A DNA stretch of 64,000 nucleotides. Origin: Octopus sinensis (taxonomy: Eukaryota). A program made the translations under genes and the position numbers. The notes under the pieces were generated by a model. That model ran no database searches. It was not told the origin of the DNA and saw only the letters and a program-made list of their open reading frames with translations. Shown here piece by piece: positions 12,570-24,429 of this stretch (the first letter of the stretch is position 1; each line of letters begins with the position of its first letter). The stretch covers positions 19,592,001 to 19,656,000 of the forward strand of contig NC_043004.1 in assembly GCF_006345805.1 (NCBI RefSeq), read 5' to 3'.

Positions 12570-14268
12570 TAACCTTGATGTCAAGAACCCTCCTATTGGG
12601 TTACAGCAAGTAACCTTAGATGCCAAGAACCCTCTTAAGTGTCCTAGCTGTCCCTAATAACACTGTTTTCTTGAACTGTAGCAAACTGGGTTTTATGCTC
12701 ATTTCCTCTATCCATCTGTTCATTTCTTTAGGGATAGATCTCAATGCACCTATACTACTGGGATACATTTTACCCGCACTTTCCTTAGTCTTTGTAATTC
12801 AGTAGCTAGTTTCGTGTTCTTTTCTATTTTTTCTATACCTCTCATTAACTTTTTTCATCATTTGGGACTCTAAAGTCAATTATCTTGAACTTTCTATTCT
12901 CATTATCTACTACTACCAAATCGGTAGCTTCTATTACTCTGTCAGTCTAATTGTTAAGGTCCCACAACATCTTGTATTTCTTACTTTCTAGTACTTTACT
13001 AGGTTCATATTCATACCGTTTATCAGTATGTTCAAATCCTAGCTTTCTACATACGTCCCAGTGGATTTTTCTCCCTAGGTTGTCATGTCTTTTCTTGTAT
13101 TCTTTCTGTGTCAGCATAGTACATTCACTTTATATATGAGTAACGCTTTCCACTTTTTATTTGCATGATCTACATTGGTTATCTACTTGTTTTTGTCTAT
13201 TTTGGCTTTTATCCAATTAGTCCTTAATGCTTGATCTTGTGCAGCTACTAAAAAACTTTCTGTCTGCCTCTGCAGCTTTCCTTTCTGCAACCATAACCAT
13301 GTCTCACTACTACTATTTGCTGCAACTATCTTTGGGAATCTTCCATGGTTTTTAACTCCGTCTGAGCTTTTGGTTTTCCTGTGTCTTGCTGTGGCTTTAG
13401 CAGCTTTTAATAAACTTTCTTCACTATTACCCACATAGGAATCTATATCTACTCTAGCTAACTCTACGAAGTCTTTTACTATTATCCCTCTTCCACCTTC
13501 CATTCTAAGTAGGCATACTCTTGCTACCCCTGCCCTCGAGTGGAGTCCTCCCTTCTTATTGAATTCCTTCCTAGATCTGTCTAGCTTTGCTATTTCAGAT
13601 TTTGTCCCATCTACAAAAGCTGCTGAGTATTTAAATAATGATACTGCCCAAGTATTTACTGCCTTTACTAGATTCGAACCATTTAGCTTTGGCTTTATTG
13701 GCTTCCTCACCCTTCTGATGTATTCCTTCTTAATTTTTGCTTTCATTTCTGTTGTTAGAACTCTATCAGATTCTAACATTCATAGATATTTATAACTCTG
13801 TCCTCCTGTCAATGATCTTAATTTCTGGCCATCTGGCAATCGGAAAATCCGTATTTTGATATTAACTTTCCCTTGGAGTGTGTTTCCTGAGTATAGATCT
13901 ACTTTCCATTTCTTTATGCTACAGCTAATTAATTCTCTTCTGTTGTTTGCTATACTGAATATATTCAAACATTCACTTATTCATGAGTGTGGGATCATTT
14001 CATAGGCTTTCCTATAATCTATCCATACTATTGTTAGATTTTTCTTTCTAGCTTTTACTTCATTTAGAACTGCTTTGTCTATATACAATAGATCATGTGT
14101 TCCTCTAACCTTCCTCCTGCAACCTTTCTGTTCTTCTGGTAGCAAATTCTGGTTGTCAAGGTGCTCGTGAATACTTTATGAAAGCATTCCGGTTTACAGC
14201 TTCCATACTAATGGTAAGCAAGTTATTGGTCTATAGTTGCTAGCTATATTACCCTTGCTCTTATTTTT
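12570..14268 (-). mobile_element. Dong/R4-clade non-LTR retrotransposon, degenerate 3' part with internal deletion
   Basis: NYRPITCL, EEQKGCR, WIDYRKAYEMIPH (RT); AAQDQALRTNWIKAKID; CRSC...HI*SEC zinc knuckle; KRHD; LLGTARTLKRVL terminus. The QGD/YMDD segment is missing. (AAT)n at 14271-14348. Confidence 0.88.
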
Positions 14269-14287
14269 CATAACAATAATAATGATG

Positions 14288-14338
<51 letters not shown>

Positions 14339-15289
14339 TAATAATAATTTTTTTTTTCCAAAAATAAACGTGAGAAATTATCATAATTTCCGAAAATAAT
14401 TAGTCAGAATTTATTGACCATTTTCGGCTGTTGTTATTACCGAATTATATTTATATGCCATAAATCATTTTTTTTATCCCGCATGAAAAACCATCTTACT
14501 AAGTTAGATGTGAAGTCACGTAGAGGTTAAGAAAAATAGGGAAACACAGAAATATGTAAAATGATATTTTGTTATGTGCCTGTCACTGATTGTATGCTTC
14601 TGTGCAGAATATTTTCAATAATTATATTACCGTCAGGAAAATATTTTTACAGTTTTGGTTTGTTACCATATTGCTCAGGCGAGCAAGCAACATTTCTATC
14701 ATTGTGTTTGATACTCTGCCTCAGTTGTATATGCATTTATATTTATTAATGTATATTTATTCATATTTATTAATTTATATCGGTATTTGAAGTTATTGCA
14801 TGGCATATCAATATAGCGCCAGAAATCTACTTAGTCTAGGAAACTTTTTAACTTTTCGTGATTATAAAGAGTGTAGAATTAGTGTCAGAATTGCTCCATA
14901 AAATACAAATTCTGATAATTCTTTCATAATTATTTGAAATTTCTGATAGTATAAATGGCGTTATCAAATGTATGCATATATCATTTGTAAGCTACGTTAG
15001 CAAGTGCAATAACTGGTAGAAAGATATGAATAGTTTTTGGCCGAAGGCTATGAATGCATATCTCGACAGATTATTTATATTCTAAGGAAGGATTATGCCC
15101 TCACTTTAATATAAATTATGCAAGCTGGAGATATACTTCCCTTTCAATTATCATTTCCAGTATCTCTTGTACAAGTAGCGTAGTCTATACATATTATTTA
15201 TGCAATTAGTATTTAACACTTCCAAATACTGAATAATAATTTTGTTTCCTTATTGAGTTGTCAAATTTAGTAGTACAAAATTATGACAC

Positions 15290-15705
15290 CTTATTGTCGC
15301 TATCTCTCTCTTCTCTTTGAGGCTTCTTAATTGCTCGAGGAACATAGAGTCGCAACAACATTTTTCCAACGGACGCGGGTCTGGGGGATCCTCTTCAGCT
15401 CGGTCCACGTCATTCACAGCTCGCGTCATGCGTTCTACCGGAGAGGACACTTCTTCGACCACGCCATTTCGTAGTGCCGTTGCGGTTTCTGTAACAGGTA
15501 TGTTTTTTGTACTAGACCGGGTTGTTAGCCCAATCCTAAAACCCCAACCTGGAGGGCCAGTTGAGTACACTTCGTCTGGTCTCTACCTATCAACCTGTCT
15601 GGTTGGGTAGCCCTAAAAGGAGACAAATCTCCCGCAAGCATAGCTTTGATGGTCATTGAGACACACAAGCCCCGCAAACCAACGACAAGGTGGTAATCAA
15701 TTGCA
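15290..15705 (-). mobile_element. RTE-clade LINE 5' end only (5' UTR and short upstream ORF region)
   Basis: Minus strand ccaccttgtcg...ggggcttgtgtgtctcaatga...gagaccagacgaag...ccctccaggttgggg...gggctaacaaccc...tgttacagaaac matches the typical RTE 5' UTR pattern as recalled. Confidence 0.65.
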
Positions 15706-15825
15706 AGGATATTCGGCTATACATCACAATATTTGTAAAATTAATGAATCCGAATGAAGATTATTAACAAGCATCTGGGTTCAAAGATGTGACTTCTACT
15801 CTTCTAAACATAGTCTGCAAGGTTT

Positions 15826-16070
15826 CTGCCTGCCTGCCTGCCTGCCTGCCTACCTACCTACCTACCTACCTACCTACCTACCTACCTACCTACCTACCTA
15901 CCTACTACCTACTTACCTACCTACCTACCTACCTACCTACCTACCTACCTACCTACCTACCTACCTACCTACATACCTACCTACCTACCTACCTACCTAC
16001 CTACCTACCTACCTACTTACCTACCTACCTACATAGCTGCCTGCCTGCCTGCCTGTCTGTCAGTCTGCCT
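15826..16070. repeat. (CCTG)n/(CCTA)n tetranucleotide microsatellite
   Basis: Direct reading; gives the PTYL-repeat ORF 15789..16130. Confidence 0.95.
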
Positions 16071-16084
16071 GTCTTAAGCAGTCT

Positions 16085-16756
16085 CCTTGGGCCTACAGAG
16101 TATCTCAACAAGCATGATAGAGCAGCATAGTATATTCACTAGGTAATTTGCAAAAACCTGGACTTGCCCCATGATAAAAAAACTGGTGGGAACACAAACC
16201 ACCTCCAGTGCTTGAAAATTATCACATCTCACTCCTCTGGAACTTCCCCATTCAAACTGACAGAAAGATAGATGCGAATAGACCAGACATTATATTGAAA
16301 GACTTAAGACAAATATCATGCCTCCTCATAAATATGACTGTCCCAATCGACATAAATGTGTCTATGAAGACCTACCAAAAACTGAAATAGAAATTGGCAA
16401 AATGTGGTACCTCAAGACTAAACCAATTCCTGCCGTGATAGGTGCCCTAGGAATGATAGCAAAAGGGGCTAATTCCTGCCTAGCTCAGATACCAGGAAAC
16501 CCCAAAATGGCAGAAATTCAATAGATAATGCTCGTAGGAAATACCCATATCCTACATAAAATACTGTGTATGTAATCTCAAATTTTAAAACAATCTTATA
16601 ATTTTCTTATGTTTTCTTAAACATTCTCTAGAACAATGCTATGTACAAAACCAAATATATGACGCCCTAAGCATAAGACCAACTTGAACTTCTATCTTGA
16701 GGTCGTTTGGTGAGACTTGGAGTCAACTTGTACAAATACAAAGCAAAAGTCAAACC

Positions 16757-16757
<1 letters not shown>
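16085..16757 (+). mobile_element. Dong/R4-clade 3' fragment (restriction-like endonuclease domain and 3' UTR)
   Basis: EYLNKHD, LLWNFPIQTDRKIDANRPDII, TVPID, IPAVIGALG; followed directly by (AAT)n at 16758-16835. Confidence 0.88.
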
Positions 16758-16815
<58 letters not shown>

Positions 16816-16837
16816 TAATAATAATGATAATAATATG

Positions 16838-17645
16838 TGGAAACTTTGCAGTAAGTTATATGTCGTGTACAGAGAGGAAATTATTAAAGAATGTGTGTAC
16901 TAGAAGTAATTTTAAAGATTTCAAACGGGAAACATTTCTGTTCAAGTTGTACCTCGTTTTGGCCGTCCAATTGAGATTAACAGCGATAAAATGGAGGAGT
17001 TAGTAGAGAAAAACTCTGGTTATAAGGCCAGGATGATCGCAATGTTCTCCGTATATCTAAATCGGGAATGGAAAACTATCTGCATCAACTTGATTATGCT
17101 AGAAAGGTCGATGTTTGAATCTCACATCAATTTGATGGGAAGAACATGGCTCAGCAAATATCCATCTGCAATTCGTTGCAAATGAATGTAAAAAAACAAT
17201 CCGTTTTTGAAGGGAATGGTTACGGGGGACGAATTATAATCGATCCATTGATTCACTATAACAATGTGAGACATAAAGGCGCATGGGGGAGCTCAATGAA
17301 CGACCACAGAGAACTTCCAAAGCAAGGCTTCATTCAAAGAAGATTTCGTTTTCAACTCGGTGGGATTGGAAGGGTATTATCTTTTACGAGTTTTTCCCAC
17401 CGAATAGGACCAGCAATTTGGATGTGTATTGTGAGCAGTTGGATGAATTAAACACATACATCCACCAAAAGCGACGGAACTTGTTAATTGTTAGAGTATC
17501 GTCTTACACTACGACAATGACAGACTGCATACTTCTTTGTAGACGCGTTACTAGGGCTTGGCTGGGATGTTTTGCCTCATATTCCATATTTGGACGACCT
17601 TGAACCTTCAGATTTCCACCTGTTTCAGTTTCTTCGAAATTCAGA
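16838..17645 (+). mobile_element. Mariner transposase fragment, heavily degenerate
   Basis: Pieces such as GRPIEI, ISICNSL, WDWKGIIFYEF, YCEQLD, YDN and PYLDDLEPSDFHLF occur in shifting frames. Confidence 0.8.
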
Positions 17646-17699
17646 GTGGAAAGACCTTATATATGCATATGTAATATGTATGTGCATATGAATAAGATA

Positions 17700-17843
17700 T
17701 CGTTGTGATACACACACACATGTATATGCTTGTATGAATGAGTGTGTGTGTGTATGCCTGCGTGTATACTTCCATGTATGCAAACGAATGTACTTGAATT
17801 ACACACACACAGACACACAGACACACAGACACACAGACACACA

Positions 17844-17900
<57 letters not shown>

Positions 17901-17920
17901 GAACACATACGCATACACAC
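17700..17920. repeat. (TG)n/(CA)n/(CAGA)n compound microsatellite
   Basis: Direct reading. Confidence 0.9.
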
Positions 17921-18994
17921 ATTCGTGATTTCATACATTCATTCTTCCTATATCAACATGAAAACAAATTGCCTGTGTTTAGCGAAACAAAAAAAAAGAA
18001 CAAAAAGCAAAAAACAAAAAAACGGAATACTCCTCTCTTGTTAGTACATCACTTGAAAAGATATATTTATAACAGTTACCCATTCCAAGACATTTAGTGG
18101 AGATGTTTTTTCGAGGTAGTTCAATCGTTTCATTTATAATATTAGGAGATTTTTGCTTTCACATTTTTCTTGTATTTACTTTTATGATCGACACAGCAGT
18201 ATTTGAATGGCATCACCGTGGGCACCATATTCACAAACAATCGCTTACCGAACATCTTGGGAATGTCTGCTTTCTTCTTTGATGATGTTTCATTTATTCT
18301 ATGCTCAATTCATCAGTAAGTCAGTTATTGTTATGAGATTTATGAAGCAGCCAGGCCAGCCTTTATCATAAATTCTAAATCATCTATTGTGCATTTCCAG
18401 TATCAAATATTTGTTTTCCTGATCAATTGAACATATGATAACAGTAAAAGTTCATAATGATATCAAAGCGAGTTTTCATATTGTTTTCGGAATTTTTTAC
18501 TATTAAGAGGAAGATAAACGCACGTGGTAAAGACTATTAAATCCTATTTAATTCTTAGTTTCAGCAAAGAAAACAAAGAACGGAGAAATATTTGCTATGA
18601 ATATAGGCATGAATACATTTATTCAATGTAGAAGACATTGAGTAAACTAAGTGGCTAAGCAGCTGAGCTTTATAAGAAAGTATGCAAGGTTCAATCCTGG
18701 CGAGTTTACTGTGTGCAATTTCGCTAACTTATCTACAACATATCAATGTCCAAAAGTAATTATACAGCTGCTGCATTTCTCATGAAATCAATTACTCAAC
18801 TCATGGCTGTTGTTGCTTTTCTTTTGCCCCAAATTCGTTCTGATTGAGAAAGTGTATAATCATCTAATCTTTCTGTATATTATGCATATGATTATATATA
18901 AATGTATGGGGAAGTATCTTTGTATATTGGTTCATATTAAGAGGCAAACTAAGATGACGCACACATTGCGCCATGGGATGAAATAGGTCATTTC

Positions 18995-19077
<83 letters not shown>

Positions 19078-19568
19078 GTGTAAGAGATCGAGTTGTGGAC
19101 CAGAGCGACTAACATGATCGGAATGAACGGGCTTTGAGCATGAGTATATAGATTCCATGAAGGTGACCAGGAGAGATTATTTGCTTTTGTCTTTACTGCT
19201 TCTCTTCCACTTTTTAATCTTTTCTTTTGTTAGACGCCGTCAGAAAGCTATGGCTGAAAATAGATTTTTACGAACGTCGTCACTTACTCTCTCTCACTCT
19301 CTCACTTTGTCTTTCCCGTGAAACTCTCTGCCTCTCTTCTTCCACTTTTCTTTATCTTGTTTTTTTTTTGTTAGACGCCGTCAAAAAGCTATGGCTGAAA
19401 ATAGATTTTTACTGCTAAAAGTTATGGCTGAAAATAGATTTTTACCGCTATCCGCGGGTGTCTCGGGAAAGAAATAAGTTGACAAAACCCAGATAGGATG
19501 TTCAGGAATGTACTCCTAAAATTTGAGCGACATGCGTGCTAATTGTGGATGTGCATAAACTACAATCC

Positions 19569-19639
<71 letters not shown>

Positions 19640-19681
19640 CATCTTGTCGTATATATATACAGATATATATAAATATATATT

Positions 19682-19815
19682 TATTCCCAACCACATGGTT
19701 CTGGGTTCAGTACTATTGCGTGACACCTTGGGCAAGTGTCTTCTGCTATAGACTCGGGCCGACCAAAGACTTGTGAGTATATCTGGTTGACGTAAACCGT
19801 AAGAAGCCAGTCTTA
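19682..19815 (+). mobile_element. SINE family A, 5' half fragment
   Basis: ccaaccacatggtt...ttgggcaagtgtcttct...aagaagcc. Confidence 0.75.
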
Positions 19816-19820
19816 TATAT

Positions 19821-20012
19821 GTATGATGGATACCCATCAGCACTTGTCTGAGTTTCTTGTAGGAACCTCCTTGGAAATCTTTTTGAACATATGCTGTCCT
19901 TCAAGCATGGTGAGTTTATGTTGAATCCACACCCACATGGACCATGTACCATGTTTGCTTTAACTATTTCGTATAGTTTTTTGTCTAAAGCTGGATCAGG
20001 AAGTTCTGCAGG
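19821..20012 (-). pseudogene. Helitron RepHel coding fragment
   Basis: AELPDPALDKKLYEIVKANMVHGPCG...NSPCLKDSICSKRFP...TSADGYPSY matches the Helitron Rep pattern AEIPD...MIHGPCG...SPCM...CSK.YP...DGYP.Y. Confidence 0.85.
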
Positions 20013-20114
20013 TTTGAAAGTGTTCCCAACAGTTATTAGTTGTAGTGGTAGAGTGTTTATGCCGAATATGTACGTATGCATGTATATATATGTATGTATG
20101 CCTGTATATATGTA

Positions 20115-20245
20115 CAAAATCCACTGAGAAGGCTTTTGTTGGTCTGAGGCTACAGCAGAAGACACATGCCAAGTCACCACACAGTGGGACTGAACTCAGG
20201 ACCATGTGTTTGGAACGTAGTTTGTTACCACACAGCCACACCTGC
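20115..20245 (-). mobile_element. SINE family A, 5' half fragment
   Basis: Reverse complement of the head and body. Confidence 0.7.
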
Positions 20246-20294
20246 CCCTATGTATGTGTGTGCGTATGTGTGTATGGGTAGATATATTATGCAT

Positions 20295-20695
20295 GGCGCA
20301 GGAGTGGCTGTGTGGTAAGTAGCCTGTCTACCAACCACATGGTTCCGAGTTCAGTCCCACTGCAAGGCACCTTGGGCAAGTGTCTTCTACTATAGCCTCG
20401 GGCCGAACAAAGCCTTGTGAGTGGATTTGGTAGACGGAAACTGAAAGAAGCCCGTCGTATATATGTATATATATATATATATATATATGCGTGTGTGTGT
20501 TTGTCCCTCTAGCATTGGTTGACAACCGATGCTGGTGTGTTTATGTCCCCGTCACTTAGCGGTTCGGTAAAAGAGACCGATAGAATAAGTACTGGGTTAC
20601 AAAAGAATAGGTTCCGGGGTCGAGATGCTCGATTAAAGGCGGTGCTCCAGCATGGCCGCAGTCAAATGATTGAAACAAGTAAAAGAGTAAAAGAG
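20295..20695 (+). mobile_element. SINE family A, complete
   Basis: All modules present; tail ends (gtaaaaga)2. Confidence 0.92.
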
Positions 20696-21229
20696 TATGG
20701 GTATATATATGTGTACATATTATATGTACATCTATATATATACATCTACACATAAAATACAAAATACAAAGTTATATCTTGATATCGCTAGTGATAACAA
20801 TACTCAAAATATATAACAGACTGGAATTGTAGGCGCGTCTCTTGCAATTTCGATCAATTGGATCTTGTCCTCCCTCTTGTATAGAAGTGTACGGCTGCAG
20901 CGAAATTCATTTTTGGACTTTCTTCTATCGAAGGCATTTTAACAAAAATGCTTCCGTAAAGACGGTGAAAATATTGTCAATTTCCCCAAACAGGGACACA
21001 ATTCAATTTTTAAGCAATAACAAAAGCCCCTTCTCTGAAAGGGGGAGGGTTACGGTTTACAATTATTTAACAAATGCAACACAACAACGTTTCCCTGACG
21101 AGGAACCAACAAACGTGATTACAATAGTCAAACAGTAATAATAACAACAAACTTTTTTAATTTATCCCCATTTATGTGAAACCACTTATTCAAGTTCAAG
21201 TCATTGATGCAATTTTATACGAATTCCTA

Positions 21230-21297
<68 letters not shown>

Positions 21298-21298
<1 letters not shown>

Positions 21299-21686
21299 AT
21301 AAGGGTGAAAAATTGAATATTAATTTGATTAATATGAATTGAAAACCAGTGGTATAGCATAAAAGACCATAGCGGATCTTCTAGAAAAATGGATGACCAT
21401 TGTTAATGGTTCATCCCTGTTATATAATACTTTCACTTTAATAGTGAAAGTGTCAGCATTACAAAAGAGATATGTTTTTGTTTCACTTTTAACACCTAAT
21501 ACTGAAATAGTGGAGAAGATATGATATTGGGGTCACCCTAGGGAAAAAGTTAAGATTCTTTTGCCGATGACACTCCCCGGACCTTAAGTAAGGCATGTGT
21601 AAAATTTGAATGAAATTGGTTGTGTAGTTCTCAAGTTTTAGGGAAACACACACACAGACAGACACACATTCTCAGTTTTATATACA
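21298..21686. mobile_element. Probable non-autonomous DNA/rolling-circle-type repeat (DINE/HINE-like terminus)
   Basis: Ends in acacacagacagac...ttttatatacagagat, a layout typical of Helentron-derived short elements; classification is tentative. Confidence 0.35.
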
Positions 21687-21699
21687 GAGAGATTATTAA

Positions 21700-21737
<38 letters not shown>

Positions 21738-21759
21738 TATTATTATTATTATTATTACA

Positions 21760-21965
21760 AGGTGACCAGCTGACAGAATCGTTAGCACAACAGACAAAAT
21801 GATTAGCGGCATTTCGTCCGTCCTTACGTTCTGAGTTCAGATTCCGCTGAGGTCGACTTTGACTTTCATCCTTTCAAGGTCGATAAATTAAGTACCAGTT
21901 GCGCACTGGTGTCGCTCTGATCGACTGGCAAACTCTCGCCAAATTTCAGACCTTGTGCCTATAGT
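21760..21965 (+). mobile_element. SINE family B
   Basis: agaatcgttagcac...gttctgagttcagattcc...gtcgactttgactttcatcctttc. Confidence 0.85.
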
Positions 21966-21989
21966 ACAAAGGATTATTATTATCATTGA

Positions 21990-22150
21990 GTGTGAGAGCA
22001 GTGCATGCCATCAAAGTGGCAGTGGGGTAAAATATACGAAACCCAGTATACCCATCATGACTATTCATCATGATAAGGGTATACCAGGAACATGCATCAC
22101 AACCACATGTGCATTACATGGTGATCTCATATCAAGATAAACAGTGCACT
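21990..22150 (-). mobile_element. Family T repeat, 3' part
   Basis: Matches 22300-22460; adjacent to a short (TTA)n run. Confidence 0.8.
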
Positions 22151-22299
22151 CTTTCTCAGTGTATTCCGTGCATACTTTTTATTTATTTATTTATCATTTC
22201 CTTATTGTATGTAAATCCCAACACTGTCTGTCTCTGTATTGTCCCCCTCATCTTTCTCCCTCGCGGCAAATAAATGAAATTATTATTATTATTATTATT

Positions 22300-22885
22300 A
22301 CTGAGTGAGAGAGCAGTGAATGCTATCAAAGTGACACTGGGGTAAAATATACGAAGCCCAGTACACCCATCATGACTATCCGTCTGATAAGGATACACTA
22401 GGCACATGCATTACAACCATATATGCGCGACATGGTGATCTCATATCAAGATAAACAGCACATGACCTTGCAGGTGAGGCCCAGTTAGAATTTTCTTCTG
22501 GTCGAGTAACCCATCCCGCTCAAAAGGTCCTTGAATAAGGGTAGTTTAAGGATGTTGAAGGAAACACCCATGTTTTCAGAGGTCAATTACTCAAACCCCA
22601 AAGAATCCCTCTCAACACATGGCTATGATGCTCCCCCACTACTTCTGCTCGTGATCAGAGATGCACATATCGTCAGCCACTAAGGGACATAGTCAACTGG
22701 TTAAGGTCAACAAACTAACAAGCAAATCTGTGGTACTGAGCATAATATTTGCTGTAGCCCATCTTTTATACCAAGACAAATCAATGTACATGATAACACT
22801 TCCAATCAGTTATGATCAGAAGCCACGAGAGCCACTGCCTGGTACTGCATCAAGGCATTTAAGTACTACTTCAGGGCATTTATCA
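22300..22885 (-). mobile_element. Family T repeat, longest copy (~590 bp, non-coding), embedded in (TAA)n on both sides
   Basis: (TTA)n at ~22278-22298 and ~22890-22945; no recognisable ORF or pol III boxes. Confidence 0.8.
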
Positions 22886-22889
22886 TTAA

Positions 22890-22944
<55 letters not shown>

Positions 22945-22969
22945 TATGTATTTATTTTTTTACAAAAAC

Positions 22970-23405
22970 AATGAGCTGGCAGAATCGTTAGCGCACCGAA
23001 CAAAATGCTTAGAGTTATTTTTTCTTGCTTGTTATTTCGAACTTCAAATTTCGCAGAGGTCAACTTTATATTTCATTCTTTAGAGACCGAGAAAACAGTA
23101 TCAGTTGTTTACTGGGCTCGATATTATTGACTTCTCAATTTTCCTAAAATTACTAGCCTTGTGCAAAAATTGGAAATATAGTCTTTAAGGATGTTGATTG
23201 GTAGAATCTAATAGAGCGGTGGAAGAAATGCTTTGCTGTACTTACTGTGAAGCATTAAGCTCTGAGTTCAAATCTTGCCCAAGATTAGTTTGACATTCAT
23301 TCTTTAGGGGTTCATAAAAATAAAGGTGGAGCACTATTGGAAAGGATCAATATAATCGACCAACCCCCTTTCTCCCAAATTAGTGGCCCCGAATCTAAAC
23401 CAGTA
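22970..23405 (+). mobile_element. Two diverged SINE family B copies
   Basis: gagctggcagaatcgttagc at ~22973; second copy from ctgagttcaaatc at ~23262. Confidence 0.65.
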
Positions 23406-23744
23406 ACTTGTAGTACATATATATCTATTTGTTGGATTTTTTTGCAGTCAATCAAACAGCTCACTTCTAAGTTGAAAATGCGCACCTGTTTTATATTAAA
23501 TTATGGGAAAAAGATTAATATGAAAATTAGCTTTCATAATGATGCTAAATTTAACACCAATTGAATTTTGCAGTAATTGTATTGACAACGGCTTCAGAAA
23601 GGAAAGCAAACTTAATTACAATAGTTTGGTTGCGCTTTCTTAAAGACTTGTTGACCATTGGAACTGGCATAAACACTATCAAAGAATATTTCCATTAACA
23701 CTTCTAACTGAAAAAAAAATATAAATTAATATTTATGTTAGCTA

Positions 23745-23960
23745 AAGGCGGCGAGCTGGCGGAACCGTTAAGACGTCGGCCAAAATGCTTAGCGGCAATT
23801 CACCCGTCTTTACGTTCTCAGTTCAAATTCTGCCGAAGTCGACTTCGCCTTTCATCCTTTCTGGGTCACTAAAATGCGGACGAGTTGAACACTGGGGTCG
23901 ATGTAATCGACTGTCCCCCTCCTTTGAAACTGCTGGCCAAAATTTGGAACCAATATTTAT
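23745..23960 (+). mobile_element. SINE family B
   Basis: aaggcggcgagctggcgg head; gtcgacttcgcctttcatcc core. Confidence 0.85.
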
Positions 23961-24429
23961 GTTAATTACTACAGGCAAATATTATTGATATAAATTATGA
24001 TGACTAGAAAGTAATTTTTGTTGGATATAAAAATAATCAACTAAACTTCAAATATATTCTCTATTTACAAGACTGGTGATCTAATTGGACCTAGAACAAA
24101 ATCTACAATAGTATAACCTAAGTTGCGTGAAGCTACTTGTCAAGTCAGCTGTTTTGCAGTACCTTAAGTATGCTTCTTAATTTAAGCAAGTTGGGAGAGA
24201 GAAGTAGGCAATGCAAGTTAAAGGTTTTGATGAAATAACAAATTAATAGGTTCTGCCATCATGTCATGATGCCAAATACCCTGTAATTTAATCACGGGTA
24301 CTAATTTCACAACATGCCAAAACATGCGAACCCGCTTCTATTTATTTAATTACTTTTATCATTACGGAACTTAGAGCGATCATTTTTTTCAGATACCATT
24401 GAAACAGTTGATTTTACGTTGAGCTACTG

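Noticed and set aside
18050-18560. Possible Tc1/mariner remnant (TAVFEWH, LTEHLG)
   Set aside because: Only two short motif echoes; too degenerate to delimit.
19200-19450. Two to three direct repeats of gctatggctgaaaatagatttttac
   Set aside because: Real local duplication, but spacers are related and irregular; not CRISPR-like and no function is inferable.
21080-21125. ctgacgagg...aaacgt on plus and gaaacgttg on minus
   Set aside because: Neither strand has a complete core with paired stems.
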